A stretch of DNA of 64,000 nt from a virus (IMGVR_UViG_3300048598_000287:96001-160000); one strand, 5' to 3'. Positions 1 through 10,099 are shown, numbered from the stretch's first letter. Translations and numbers: made by a program. The notes: generated by a model not told the origin, from the letters alone.

Positions 1-71
1 TTAAGAGATTCTATGATAAAACTCCTATACATAAGAGTTAGTCGAAATGCAATAAAATGCATATTGAGTTT

Positions 72-1370
72 TCAGGAATCCGGGACTCTAAGCACCGAAC
101 CATCCAGGCTGAACAATCCCTCTGACTTCCAGAAGAAGCCTTCGGTTTTGCTCAGTGAGGACAACATATCGCACCGGGGTAGATCGGGCAGAAGTTGCTC
201 ATGGTTCTTCGCCGCGTTAATGTCGGCGTCGATAGCCAGCCCGCAATGCGGACAGATGAACAGTTTACCCTTCCTAGATGCTTTACGTACCAGGCCGCAA
301 TCCGAACACCGTTGAGAACGATAAGCCGACGACTGCTGATTCACCTGGACCCCAAGCTCTTCAGTAATTCTTATCAGGCTATCTCTGATGACCGGATTTG
401 ACCAGTGAGACAATTTCCTACTGGTATTTCTACCATATCTTACATTCACTACATTTTCCAGCGCGATTTCCTTAACGCCGCGTAAATCCAAACGATTCAG
501 CGCATAATTCACATAGTTCTTCCGTTCAATCACAGCGCGGGCGAATGCGTGTGATCCACGTTCCTTCCTTGCCATCTTAGCGGCTATGGTATCCAGGTTG
601 ACGGAGATGATCCGTTCTGGCTGGTTTTTCTTAGGAGCCTTTATGACCAGGTCCGGAGTGACTGATCCGTTGGACAGTGACATGGTCGTCTTCAGCCCTT
701 GATCGGCGCCGATGCGCGTGCCTTCCGTTCGCTGGGGGACTTCCTTCTGCCATCTAAGCTGGACGCCGTGCTCGTCGATTAAATATCCGGAGCAGCGTTC
801 CCATGACCCGTCCGTGTATTTCTTCAGCATGGAATGCCTGCAGACGGGAATCCTGACGTGTTCTCGTCCAGTAGATTTGATCCTGACGTATCCGTAGAAC
901 TTTCCATCGGGTGTTTCGGCGAAATCCGCGCATTTAGAGCTGATCTCTATTCCCGCGTCACTTAAGTCAGGCTTCTTCGGCATCGATTCTTCTATCTTTG
1001 TCCAGAGCCGTTCGCTGTATTCGCCCTGTCCACATAGCCTGTCAAATACATATATCCGCGCCGACTGCTTGCCTAGCATTGATCTGAGCTTGCCGCTTAG
1101 CTGCGTAACCAGTGAACTGAGCATACGTCCGCTTAACCACGTGTCTACGTTGAACCGGTTGTAGTCCAGGTATTTAGGTAATGAGAGCTTGAATTTGCTT
1201 ACATTGAACTCATGCGTGCTCCCGTTTTCCATCCAGCGGTATCCGTTAATCCACAAGTCGTCGCAGATCAGCTGCATCACCCTGCGCCATTCAGACAGCA
1301 GGATGAGAGTCTCATCCTGCTTTCTTGCATTAGCGAACTTGAGTGTATGTTGTGTCGATCGGACAATCAT
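72..1370 (-). CDS. tnpB: TnpB/Cas12f-like RNA-guided RuvC nuclease, standalone (no tnpA in window)
   Basis: RuvC-I GADQG, RuvC-II IALENV, zinc ribbon CSDC...CPHC, RuvC-III DADINAAKN; all three catalytic acids present; visibly more GC-rich than flanks. Confidence 0.9.
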   Translation of the reverse strand: MIVRSTQHTLKFANARKQDETLILLSEWRRVMQLICDDLWINGYRWMENGSTHEFNVSKFKLSLPKYLDYNRFNVDTWLSGRMLSSLVTQLSGKLRSMLGKQSARIYVFDRLCGQGEYSERLWTKIEESMPKKPDLSDAGIEISSKCADFAETPDGKFYGYVRIKSTGREHVRIPVCRHSMLKKYTDGSWERCSGYLIDEHGVQLRWQKEVPQRTEGTRIGADQGLKTTMSLSNGSVTPDLVIKAPKKNQPERIISVNLDTIAAKMARKERGSHAFARAVIERKNYVNYALNRLDLRGVKEIALENVVNVRYGRNTSRKLSHWSNPVIRDSLIRITEELGVQVNQQSSAYRSQRCSDCGLVRKASRKGKLFICPHCGLAIDADINAAKNHEQLLPDLPRCDMLSSLSKTEGFFWKSEGLFSLDGSVLRVPDS

Positions 1371-1375
1371 ATTAA

Positions 1376-1384
1376 TAGTTTATA
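1376..1384 (-). promoter_or_regulatory. Putative late promoter TATAAACTA upstream of tnpB
   Basis: Same motif precedes sheath and other late genes; 5 nt upstream of the tnpB ATG. Confidence 0.6.
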
Positions 1385-1478
1385 TCCTGCCTATGTAAAT
1401 TATATCTTTATTAACTTACATTCTTATATATATATATTCCATTGATTTACTATATTTTCTGTATCATGTTATTAGACA

Positions 1479-1928
1479 TTGACAACTGTCCTTTCAAATT
1501 GTAAGGAATGCAATGGAGCGGACAATATTCTTAAGGAAGCATGCCGACGCCTTGGACTGACTCTAATAATTCCGGAAAAGAGAATATGGAACATTGAAGA
1601 TCTCATATGCGAATCCGATCTTGTAGTTGGCATAGGGCGTTCATTATATGATGCAATGTCATGCGGAAGATGCGTAATATCATGGGATAACAGATCGTAT
1701 AATGGAAATTTAGGTGATGGATATCTGAATAACGAAAATATAAGGCAATCCCTTGTGCATAATCTTTCTGGAAGAATAACTGGCCACCAATTTGATGTAG
1801 ACATGATGATCCATGAATTAGAAAAATATAATTCGGATGACGGAATATTTATGCGCCGGTTTGCTGAAGAAAATCTTGATATAACCCGATCGGTTGATAC
1901 CTATCTAAGATTATATAACGCAATGTGA
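1479..1928 (+). CDS. Glycosyltransferase (GT-B) C-terminal-domain-like protein, possibly truncated
   Basis: ESDLVVGIGRSLYDAMSCGRCVI resembles the GT4 donor-binding motif; TTG start two codons after an in-frame TAG. Confidence 0.6.
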   Translation: MTTVLSNCKECNGADNILKEACRRLGLTLIIPEKRIWNIEDLICESDLVVGIGRSLYDAMSCGRCVISWDNRSYNGNLGDGYLNNENIRQSLVHNLSGRITGHQFDVDMMIHELEKYNSDDGIFMRRFAEENLDITRSVDTYLRLYNAM

Positions 1929-1977
1929 TCTCACAAAAATATATTTTCATTATGCTATATATACAAAAGGTAACATT

Positions 1978-3498
1978 ATGGAATCAGAACCCAGTGTGCG
2001 AATCTATGTAGTAGGCTCATCGGATAGTGTATTTCATTGCCCGGATGACCCCTCGTATGTAAAATACTATACTGACGCCAATTATCAGAAGGACAACATA
2101 AATCAGGAAAACCATGTCATATGCGAACTTTCCGGACTATATTATCTATGGAAGAACGAATCAGCAGAAATTGTCGGACTTGAACATTACAGACGTATGT
2201 TTGAGGAAGATGAAACGCGCCTTTCCCTGGAACGGATAAATGAACTGCTTTCCGAAAATGACATTATAATATCCAAATATAGGTGGACCTCACCTAACCG
2301 GGAAACTCTTTCGCAGATACATATGGATCATCTCGACGACTATATAGCCATGTCAGATTCACTTCTTCCGGGCATAGAAAAATATATAGAATCCGAAATG
2401 GATTCATACGACATTGCGCAGGGCAACCGTTTCATATGTAGGAAGCAATTTATAAATGAGTATTGTGAATACATCTTCAGACTATATGGCATGATAAAGG
2501 AAAGGTTCACGATTAATCCCCGGGAATTCGGATATTACGCGGAATATACCTTCATGGCATACCTGAAATATAAAGGAATTAAATATCATGCCGTTGGATT
2601 CTCCGAATATTCAAAAACCGGAGATGACGTGTTTCATTACTCTGTTCCGGAAGAATATAAGAAGAATGCTATGATGCTGCTGACAGGATATAAGCCATAT
2701 CTGTATGATCTTGTTTTTGATCGAATCGAGAAATTCCTTCCTGATGATTTTGATCTGTACATAGTTACCGCCGGCGTTGGAAAACAGAAAAGGATCGAAG
2801 ATTTCGCCCAAAAAATGGATGCCGAATATATCATGTATCAGCAAAGCAATAATTCAGGAGAAGCCATGAATGCATGCGTGGCATCAATGGCGCAGGAAGG
2901 AAAGCATTATAAATATCTCCTGAAATGCGACGAGGACATATTCATTACTGAGCATTCAATAGAAACCATGGTGGAATGTTATGAAAAAGCGGAAACCGTC
3001 TGCATGCCTGGATTCATTGCTCCTCTTCTCAATGTAAATGGAAACTGCTATCAGAAAATACTTGCCGATTATGGAAAGACCGACGAATGGATTTCCAGGT
3101 TCGGAAAGATAAAATACGGAAACTGGAATGACTATATGGAAATCGAAGGGTCAGAATCTGCAGCGAGATTTATGTGGGGAGAAGATGGAATCATCCCGGG
3201 AATAGATAGCATGAACCGGGATTACCAGATAGATGGCGGAGATGATTTCATGTTCGCAAAAACAAGATATTCAATAGGAATGGTGCTGATGTCATTTCCT
3301 CTTTTCATTAAAAGAGGAATGTTCTCTGCATTTAACGGGCATGTTGATGATGAATATGCACTTAATTCACTGTTCGCACTTGGATATCCTCCAGTGATAT
3401 GCTGTAAGACGCTGTGCGGGCATTTTTCTTTCTTCGGACAGGTGAACGGTATGAAAACATTCCTAGATGAACATCCGGAAAACTTCTCTGTTAACTGA
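1978..3498 (+). CDS. DUF4422 (GT111-like) domain fused to a second GT-A-like domain
   Basis: DNINQEN..CELSGLYYLWKN..IVGLEHYRR..EYCEYIF..REFGYYAE; C-terminal half has LLKCDEDIF (DxD). Confidence 0.8.
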   Translation: MESEPSVRIYVVGSSDSVFHCPDDPSYVKYYTDANYQKDNINQENHVICELSGLYYLWKNESAEIVGLEHYRRMFEEDETRLSLERINELLSENDIIISKYRWTSPNRETLSQIHMDHLDDYIAMSDSLLPGIEKYIESEMDSYDIAQGNRFICRKQFINEYCEYIFRLYGMIKERFTINPREFGYYAEYTFMAYLKYKGIKYHAVGFSEYSKTGDDVFHYSVPEEYKKNAMMLLTGYKPYLYDLVFDRIEKFLPDDFDLYIVTAGVGKQKRIEDFAQKMDAEYIMYQQSNNSGEAMNACVASMAQEGKHYKYLLKCDEDIFITEHSIETMVECYEKAETVCMPGFIAPLLNVNGNCYQKILADYGKTDEWISRFGKIKYGNWNDYMEIEGSESAARFMWGEDGIIPGIDSMNRDYQIDGGDDFMFAKTRYSIGMVLMSFPLFIKRGMFSAFNGHVDDEYALNSLFALGYPPVICCKTLCGHFSFFGQVNGMKTFLDEHPENFSVN

Positions 3499-3526
3499 AA
3501 ACTTCGCGGGTTATCCGCGAGCTTTT
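3498..3526. terminator. Bidirectional intrinsic terminator
   Basis: AAAACTTCGCGG-GTTAT-CCGCGAGCTTTT between convergent genes. Confidence 0.65.
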
Positions 3527-3605
3527 GTAATTATCGTTAACTGCCCACACACCAAAGGATTCCATCGATGATGTTCGGTGGCATATTGCGGTCGGCTATT
3601 CTATG

Positions 3606-3884
3606 TCACTTATTGGCGGAGTCCTTTTTGGCATCAGAGGCTTCCCTGTTCAGACCTTTATAATATTTCATGCGTTCTGCCATAAATAATTCTTTCCATG
3701 CAAAATTAGTCACCTCTATGCTATTTCCATCAGAAAAAGAAATTGTTTTATCTCCATTCCCCTTGTCTTCCGGATCAACTGGAGAAACCATAGTAATCTG
3801 GTCTGGATTTATGTAAACAGGATATTCAAGGTTTTGTGCATATATTTTTCTTAGCATTTTTTCTCCTTTCTTCTTGCTCATCAT
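3606..3884 (-). CDS. Hypothetical protein (start may be 3857)
   Basis: ORF; VYINPDQITMV is typical of small phage beta proteins. Confidence 0.55.
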   Translation of the reverse strand: MMSKKKGEKMLRKIYAQNLEYPVYINPDQITMVSPVDPEDKGNGDKTISFSDGNSIEVTNFAWKELFMAERMKYYKGLNREASDAKKDSANK

Positions 3885-4047
3885 ACATGTATACCGCCAA
3901 TGTCGCCCACAGTATGGTCAATATTGCCAGAGTTTCAAGCAATATTACCAAATCGGCGCCTCCTGTTGCAAATCTTACAGAAACTATAGCCACACATATG
4001 GCAGTAGCCGCTGATCCGCACGATATCATTATATGTTTAGTTTTCAT
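3826..4047 (-). CDS. Small membrane protein
   Basis: Two hydrophobic segments; promoter immediately upstream. Confidence 0.55.
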   Translation of the reverse strand: MKTKHIMISCGSAATAICVAIVSVRFATGGADLVILLETLAILTILWATLAVYMYDEQEERRKNAKKNICTKP

Positions 4048-4054
4048 GTATGCA

Positions 4055-4083
4055 AATATACATTATTTAAAGTGCAACGGCAA
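4055..4083 (-). promoter_or_regulatory. Sigma70-type early promoter TTGCCG-N17-TATATT
   Basis: Exact 17-bp spacing; same architecture at 31366, 40359 and 58258. Confidence 0.55.
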
Positions 4084-4113
4084 TGGCCGCCAAAACATAT
4101 TTTGCCCGTGTTG

Positions 4114-4148
4114 AAAAAAGGGGGCTCCCTCTTGCACGAGGAAGCCCC
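4114..4148 (-). terminator. Intrinsic terminator
   Basis: GGGGCTTCCTC-GTGCAA-GAGGGAGCCCC followed by C and T6. Confidence 0.8.
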
Positions 4149-4227
4149 TGAATTCAATCCATTCGGGAGACTCAATGGAGAGCCAGATCCGTTGGAATTA
4201 TAGCGTTCATATTCGGTGAAATATTAT

Positions 4228-4300
4228 TAATATACATTTTTCTATGGCAAAATACATATCGCCAGGATAACTTTCTAAAGTTTTCTTCCACAAATCTTAT
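4228..4300 (-). mobile_element. IS200/IS605-type left-end remnant
   Basis: TTTAT|ATAAGATTTGTGGAAGAAAACT...CCATAGAAAAATGTATATTA; same two blocks and same spacing as the element at 54369-54621. Confidence 0.6.
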
Positions 4301-4308
4301 ATAAACTA
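4300..4308 (+). promoter_or_regulatory. Putative late promoter TATAAACTA
   Basis: Recurring motif 23 nt upstream of the 4332 ATG. Confidence 0.6.
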
Positions 4309-4331
4309 TTCAGATACATCACAGGAAATAT

Positions 4332-4571
4332 ATGAATCCACTATTCGAATACGTACAGTTTGTCGAGGGGCATAAAAATTCAAAGGGAGAAGCCGCCCCA
4401 TGGGTCATAAAATCTCACGAAACCGGAAAAATCCTGTCGTCTCATAAATCAGAAGGAGATGCCAAAGAACATCTGAAGCAGATGCACATATTCAAAGAAT
4501 CAGTATCAAAACTTAATCTGGAACCACTAGAAGAATCCGCTGTTATTGAACTGTATGAAACTTGTTTTTAA
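4332..4571 (+). CDS. Small late protein carrying the shared F-x-E-S...AV..L(Y/H)...F motif at its C-terminus
   Basis: FKESVSKLNLEPLEESAVIELYETCF; AGGA RBS. Confidence 0.7.
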   Translation: MNPLFEYVQFVEGHKNSKGEAAPWVIKSHETGKILSSHKSEGDAKEHLKQMHIFKESVSKLNLEPLEESAVIELYETCF

Positions 4572-4590
4572 ACATTGATTAATATATTGG

Positions 4591-5244
4591 TTAGTTCACC
4601 ATAGTCGGATCGCCTTTGTCCAGAAGCTTTTCCAGCTTTTTCTGCTTGTATTTACTATATGTTTCCCCTATCTCACATTCGTCGAATATACAATTACCTG
4701 AAATGTATTTCTTCATCCAGTCCGATATGTCCGTTTTGAATTGTTCAATAGGATATGTATGATCAAACAGAACTGAAATATATAGAGGATTATCACATCC
4801 TGCGCAGAGAAATTTAGCACGCGTAATGCTTTCACATGGGGTCATGATGTAAAAATATATTGGATTTTTCAGTACTCCGGAAATGAACGCGTTTATGCCT
4901 TCTATAGGAGAATAGCTGTCATCGCCAGTATCGAATATTATCCGTAGTTCACGGTCGAAATGGATCTCGCGCATTTTAGGATTGTCCTCGGTACAATCTT
5001 TCGTATGAATATTCATTTCATGTATAGTTTGCTCGATATTCTTGATCTCGTTCCTAATAGTTTCGCCATTAACTATCGCTTCGGTACTGGCGTTAATTCC
5101 ATGCGCGTGGCAGAATGGATTGATGCGTTCATATTCTTCAGTGAGCAGCTTGATGTAGCTTTTCTGAGTATCAACCAGTGATATATATTCTTTAATTAGT
5201 CCGGATTCGTTATCCATTTCATGACCTCGTGTTGTTTGAATCAT
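4591..5244 (-). CDS. Hypothetical protein
   Basis: 217-aa ORF, ATGA overlap with glf. Confidence 0.6.
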   Translation of the reverse strand: MIQTTRGHEMDNESGLIKEYISLVDTQKSYIKLLTEEYERINPFCHAHGINASTEAIVNGETIRNEIKNIEQTIHEMNIHTKDCTEDNPKMREIHFDRELRIIFDTGDDSYSPIEGINAFISGVLKNPIYFYIMTPCESITRAKFLCAGCDNPLYISVLFDHTYPIEQFKTDISDWMKKYISGNCIFDECEIGETYSKYKQKKLEKLLDKGDPTMVN

Positions 5245-6407
5245 TTTTCATCCATGTTCACTTCCATCGCTGCTTTTATAGCATCATCCATATCCAGGTA
5301 TTTATATAGCCCAAGCCGGCCTACGGGAATGATATTTTTAGGCAACGAATTCCTGATCATGTTATAAGTATTCGCACTATCCTGATTATTTATAGGATAG
5401 CATGGTTCGTCATCTTTTCCACATATACCTGAATATTCATATGAACGTACGGTGGATGGAATATCCAGGCATTCCGAATTAAAATACTTATGCTCTATCG
5501 CCCGGGTGTATGGGACATCGTTACCGGTATAATTAATTACCGCGCAGCCCTGAGTATCCGATAATATTTCTTCCCTGAACCTTACGGTACGGTAAGGAAG
5601 AGCCCGTTCATTATGGGATACGTTGTCCGAAACGATGTCATCCAATGCCCCTGAATAATAGATCAGGTCATATTTCTTGGCCATTTCAGGAAATTCTGAC
5701 ATATGGGCGCCGAATATGATTTCATGCCCTCCGAACATATTTGAAATCCATTCGGTATATCCTTCTTCCGGTATTCCCTGATATGTATCTCCGAAATAAT
5801 TATTGTCAAAGGTAAACCTAAGCGGAATACGGCGTATTATGCCAGGAGCAAGCCGGTCGCACGGCATTCCCCATTGTTTTTCCGTGTAGCCTTTGATGAG
5901 CGTTTCATATATAGTCGTTCCAACCATCTGGATGGCCGCTTCTTCAAGATTGCATGGCAAATCATTTTCTTTAGCCGGATCCTTATGGATACGATCATAT
6001 CGATATGATGCGATTTCGTCATGTATCCTGTACATAGCTTCGCTAGGTGTATTTACTCCATCAAATATACGGGAGAATGTGTTCATGTTGAATGGAAGAT
6101 TATATACTTTTCCTGAAAATATAGCGATGGGCTGATGTATATATGGTCTGAAATGTCCATATCGATTAGCAAAATCCCATATTGATTTGTCATATGTATG
6201 AAATATATGCGCGCCATATTTATGAACAGTTATCTTTCGGGAACTATCCGACGCGTCTATCCCTATTTTTTCTGTATAGCAATTTCCGCCTATCGTATTC
6301 CTGGCTTCTACAATTGTTATATCTCCAGGGAGAATTTTCTTATCTATTAACCTGGTATAAATGACTGCATTAGTAAGTCCGGCTCCGACAAGCAGTATTT
6401 TAGTCAT
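5241..6407 (-). CDS. glf: UDP-galactopyranose mutase
   Basis: VGAGLT FAD motif, IGGNCY, HKYGAHIFHT, YTEKQWG, YQGIP, EPCYP, GRLGLYKYLDMD; start taken at MTKILLVG. Confidence 0.95.
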   Translation of the reverse strand: MTKILLVGAGLTNAVIYTRLIDKKILPGDITIVEARNTIGGNCYTEKIGIDASDSSRKITVHKYGAHIFHTYDKSIWDFANRYGHFRPYIHQPIAIFSGKVYNLPFNMNTFSRIFDGVNTPSEAMYRIHDEIASYRYDRIHKDPAKENDLPCNLEEAAIQMVGTTIYETLIKGYTEKQWGMPCDRLAPGIIRRIPLRFTFDNNYFGDTYQGIPEEGYTEWISNMFGGHEIIFGAHMSEFPEMAKKYDLIYYSGALDDIVSDNVSHNERALPYRTVRFREEILSDTQGCAVINYTGNDVPYTRAIEHKYFNSECLDIPSTVRSYEYSGICGKDDEPCYPINNQDSANTYNMIRNSLPKNIIPVGRLGLYKYLDMDDAIKAAMEVNMDEK

Positions 6408-6741
6408 TTTTAGATCCTTTTTTAAGTTCCTGCAGTCTTTCGGCTCGGGCATGAAATTCGCCGATCCATTTCATTAGCCGTCTCACATTATTGTAATATG
6501 CCGGGACGTGCTCGACTTGCTGGAGCGCCCCAGTCTTCTTGTTAAACAGGATTGAAGAGACATATGAAAAATCAGTTTCCTTTGTATATGTAAGGTATGC
6601 TGACACGTCTCCGGTGAAATTCATTTCCGCCGTAGTTATCCCGTCTCCATCGTCTGAATGGATGGTCATATGCCGCGCGGAGCATATTTCTGAAAAAGCG
6701 TTCACGGACAATATTCCCACATATGTATGATAGTCAGTCAT
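6400..6741 (-). CDS. Hypothetical protein
   Basis: ORF packed between nrdG and glf. Confidence 0.55.
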   Translation of the reverse strand: MTDYHTYVGILSVNAFSEICSARHMTIHSDDGDGITTAEMNFTGDVSAYLTYTKETDFSYVSSILFNKKTGALQQVEHVPAYYNNVRRLMKWIGEFHARAERLQELKKGSKND

Positions 6742-6742
6742 T

Positions 6743-7327
6743 TCAGTTTCCTTTCTGCAATTGTTCTTTCACCTGTATGCTATGAATGACTGGAGTGCCA
6801 TTATCTAGACTGCATGGAACGTCGATTATCCTCTGATTAGATGAACCGCGATACATCAGGCCTATGTCCCGCTTTGCAAGAATGAACGGTCCGTCAACTA
6901 GGATGTCTATCAATGTAAGTGCCGTATATATGTTATTCCCGTCTTGCTTGCTTAGTTTAAGCAGCTCTTCAAAAATATATCCGGTGAACACCACCGTGTT
7001 CATGTTCCGTTTCTTTGCGGCATATAGAATGGGTATTATCTCATCTGTCCAGTAGAATGGCTCGCCTCCGCTTATAGTTATCCCGTCTATGATGGGATTT
7101 TCATCCATTCCGGATATTATATCCTTTACAGTAACAATCTTCCCGCCAGACTTATCATGAGTTTCAGGATTATGACATCCCGGGCAATGTCTGGTACATC
7201 CCTGCGTGAATATTACCATCCTTATTCCAGGGCCGTCTACGAATGATTCCTTTTCCATTCCGGCCATTCGTATAGATTTTCCTTCGCAATTCACAAGGGT
7301 TTTATAATTTCCAAGGGAATCGGTCAT
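6743..7327 (-). CDS. nrdG: Anaerobic ribonucleotide reductase activating protein (radical SAM)
   Basis: SFVDGPGIR..FTQGCTRHCPGCHNPET, ISGGEP, DILVDGPF, RGSSNQRIID. Confidence 0.95.
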   Translation of the reverse strand: MTDSLGNYKTLVNCEGKSIRMAGMEKESFVDGPGIRMVIFTQGCTRHCPGCHNPETHDKSGGKIVTVKDIISGMDENPIIDGITISGGEPFYWTDEIIPILYAAKKRNMNTVVFTGYIFEELLKLSKQDGNNIYTALTLIDILVDGPFILAKRDIGLMYRGSSNQRIIDVPCSLDNGTPVIHSIQVKEQLQKGN

Positions 7328-8019
7328 TTCAGACCTTCTTTTTCGGGATCATTGGCGATGAACTCGGCGGCATATGGAAGATCCATTGCCCATTTTATGA
7401 AATGCTGCATCGATGCGTCACGCCGGCCTGACCATTCGTTAAGCTTATGATTTTTACGCTGATTGACCATTGACCGTATGTTTTCATAATTCATCGTTAC
7501 CGTACGGGTCTGGAGCCATGATTCCGGAAGAAGGCGTATAAGTTCTTTCCAATATGTAAAGTCCTTGGTATCCAGATACTTAAGTCGCAGGGCTTCCAGA
7601 TTATTTATAGTACGTGTCCATATATCATCAATGGCAGACTTGTCCACCGAATTCGTTGCATAGCAATAGTCATCCATTTCAAAACAGCCCAAAGTTATTT
7701 TCGTAGTGGACAGCTTGTGCATCTTGGATGTTGAATTAGCCACGGTGCCTACTTTATAAGTATCAAATTCAGACCAGAAATACATGGGGGCAGTAATATC
7801 CATGCTGACGAAGATCTGGCGTAGAAATTTACGGTGCTCTGTACCGCTGCGGATGAGAGTCTTTGCCAGAGCCATGTCCAATGGGCCTATTAAAAATGTG
7901 TGAGTCTCATCCCACTTACTGTCGCTTTTATCCCATGAATTCATTGGATTACGCATTCCACGCAGAGCGCCATCAAAATTATATACCGATGTATGTTCAA
8001 AATTCATATCATTCCTCAT
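7324..8019 (-). CDS. ThyX/Thy1-like phage protein
   Basis: ALRGMRNP..SDS, HRKFLRQI..DITAP.YFW.EFDTYKVGT..STS.MH, LLPESWLQTRT..NY, HKLNEW. Confidence 0.7.
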   Translation of the reverse strand: MRNDMNFEHTSVYNFDGALRGMRNPMNSWDKSDSKWDETHTFLIGPLDMALAKTLIRSGTEHRKFLRQIFVSMDITAPMYFWSEFDTYKVGTVANSTSKMHKLSTTKITLGCFEMDDYCYATNSVDKSAIDDIWTRTINNLEALRLKYLDTKDFTYWKELIRLLPESWLQTRTVTMNYENIRSMVNQRKNHKLNEWSGRRDASMQHFIKWAMDLPYAAEFIANDPEKEGLK

Positions 8020-8521
8020 TAATTTTTCCGGACATTTTCAAAAAGTCGCGGAGTTTTCTGTTGCTTTCATTAAGATCAATGTATTGCCAGCTTTGCGGCC
8101 CATGTTTGCCAACCATATTGGAAAATTCATCCCCAGTAACCGGAATAACCCAATCTATTATCCAGGCATATAGCCGTTTACCGCGGGAATATTTTTTAAT
8201 GTCATCTTCCGGAACGCATCCATCGGCGATAAGCTCCTCCATAGAATTTCCGGGCTCCTGCGTTCCTGATGTATAATCAGTTGATGCCCTACTAAGAGAT
8301 TTAATTTCAGACGGACGTTTGCTATTATAGCAGTCAACAGTAAGGATGCGGGAGACCTTGGCTATTCCAGAAATACGTCCATCAGGCTTAGTGGAATATA
8401 GCATCACCATGTTATCCCAATCCTTACGGTTAGGCAAGGTTTTCCTCCATTCCACGGTCTTTTTTCCTGAAATGATAAGATTGGCATATTTAGCCTTTAT
8501 GCTGAGTAATACGGCAGGCAT
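8009..8521 (-). CDS. ASCH-domain protein
   Basis: LLSIKAKYANLIISGKKTVEWRK, YSTKP, PQSWQY; AGGAGA RBS before ATG 8521. Confidence 0.8.
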   Translation of the reverse strand: MPAVLLSIKAKYANLIISGKKTVEWRKTLPNRKDWDNMVMLYSTKPDGRISGIAKVSRILTVDCYNSKRPSEIKSLSRASTDYTSGTQEPGNSMEELIADGCVPEDDIKKYSRGKRLYAWIIDWVIPVTGDEFSNMVGKHGPQSWQYIDLNESNRKLRDFLKMSGKINEE

Positions 8522-8613
8522 GATATCTCCTATTTGATTCAATTCAAATATATATTTTGTATATAGAATTTGCACATTCGATGGTAAAAAATATATTTTT
8601 CTGATGGATTAAT

Positions 8614-10098
8614 GTGAAATATATGGAAGATATTGTAGTTGCCATTACGTCAAAAAAAGATAGATTAAAGAAATGCGGGAATACGGTGAAATCTATCATT
8701 AATAGCTATCCCGATATGAGAGTCTCGATCACGGTTCCTGAAGAAGATGAATGCGTCATGAAAAGGCTCATGTCCGATGGATATTTCGGATCCCCATCGG
8801 ATTCCGGGAGAATCACGGTAATATATAAAAATTCCCCGCCCAGTAAATATAATAGACTAATATGGACAATGCTCGTCAATCCTGATTCACTTATAATATC
8901 GGCAAGTGACAGCATGATATATCACCCCGGATTTTTCGATGGACTTCTTGATATGTATCATTCATATCCGGAAAGCATATGCCGAATGTCCGCCTGCGAT
9001 GTAAGGGTATCATTTAATGGAAAAGATTATTCATCGGAATCAGTTTCCCCGTATGAACTGGATCATCGGCATATAATAAAACTAACATATGGCCCAGGGA
9101 CTATCTATCCTCCGGCCAATAAAACTGGGTTCAGCGAGCAATGGCAGAAATTCTTTTCCGGCAATCTTATAAGAGAAAACTGTTCTGAAGACGCCTATAA
9201 TGGGATGATCGCCGAATCGTTAGGAATAAAAATACGGACGGTTAATAAAAATACTATAGTCAATGATCCAAGAGCGGAAAAGGCAATTCGTGAAGCATAT
9301 GGAAGAATTTTTCCACGTCCGGTGATAAGTCAGGAAAATGCCGATACCATAAATGAAGACATTTCAATAATGACGGTATCTGCGGAAGGTAATGCCATCC
9401 CTGCCATGGCTGCAATATCTCCCATTCGCATTAGATTCAATGTCAATTCTGTACATAGCGGTAAAAATATAGATGATAAAAATCAATGGATGTGCGAGCT
9501 TACCGGACTGTATTATATGTGGAAAAACTGGAATGCCGGCATAGTAGGTCTTGAGCATTATCGCAGGTTCTTTACCGAGGAAGGGAAAAGTTACTCTCCC
9601 CATGAGTACACTCTTCTGGATGCATTCCGGATAAAAGAAATCCTAAACACGCATGATTTCATCGTGACATGTCATCAGCATGCATATGGAAATCCCGCTT
9701 ATTTATATATGACAGAATCAGGAAATACGCAGAAATTTTCCGTATGGCTTGATTTTCTGAACGAAACCACTCCTGGATTCAAGCAGTTCTGCATGGATTA
9801 CTTAACTAGGTCAGGAACCTTGATCTGCTGTAATATGTTCATTGCCAAAAAAACTGAAGCAGACGAGTATTGCGAATGGCTTTTTGCCAATATGGAAAAT
9901 TTCTTTAAACAATATCCATTAAATGACATGCAGGCAAGAATAATGGGATACATGGCGGAATTCACGTTCGGCGCATGGCTCATGTTCACAGGTAAACGGC
10001 TGTATATATGCAATCACATCAGATTTGACAAAGCATGCATAAATCTTGACGAAGTTGAAAGGACTACCATCCACCGGAATATAATAAGGAGTAAATGA
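8614..10098 (+). CDS. GT-A-like N-terminal domain fused to DUF4422 (GT111-like)
   Basis: C-half: NIDDKN..CELTGLYYMWKN..IVGLEHYRRFF..CNMFI..EYCEWLF..RIMGYMAE. Confidence 0.8.
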   Translation: MKYMEDIVVAITSKKDRLKKCGNTVKSIINSYPDMRVSITVPEEDECVMKRLMSDGYFGSPSDSGRITVIYKNSPPSKYNRLIWTMLVNPDSLIISASDSMIYHPGFFDGLLDMYHSYPESICRMSACDVRVSFNGKDYSSESVSPYELDHRHIIKLTYGPGTIYPPANKTGFSEQWQKFFSGNLIRENCSEDAYNGMIAESLGIKIRTVNKNTIVNDPRAEKAIREAYGRIFPRPVISQENADTINEDISIMTVSAEGNAIPAMAAISPIRIRFNVNSVHSGKNIDDKNQWMCELTGLYYMWKNWNAGIVGLEHYRRFFTEEGKSYSPHEYTLLDAFRIKEILNTHDFIVTCHQHAYGNPAYLYMTESGNTQKFSVWLDFLNETTPGFKQFCMDYLTRSGTLICCNMFIAKKTEADEYCEWLFANMENFFKQYPLNDMQARIMGYMAEFTFGAWLMFTGKRLYICNHIRFDKACINLDEVERTTIHRNIIRSK

Positions 10099-10099
10099 A

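Noticed and set aside
3536-3560. GTTAACTGCCCACAC as an IS200/IscB end remnant
   Set aside because: Single short match with no hairpin partner or second copy.
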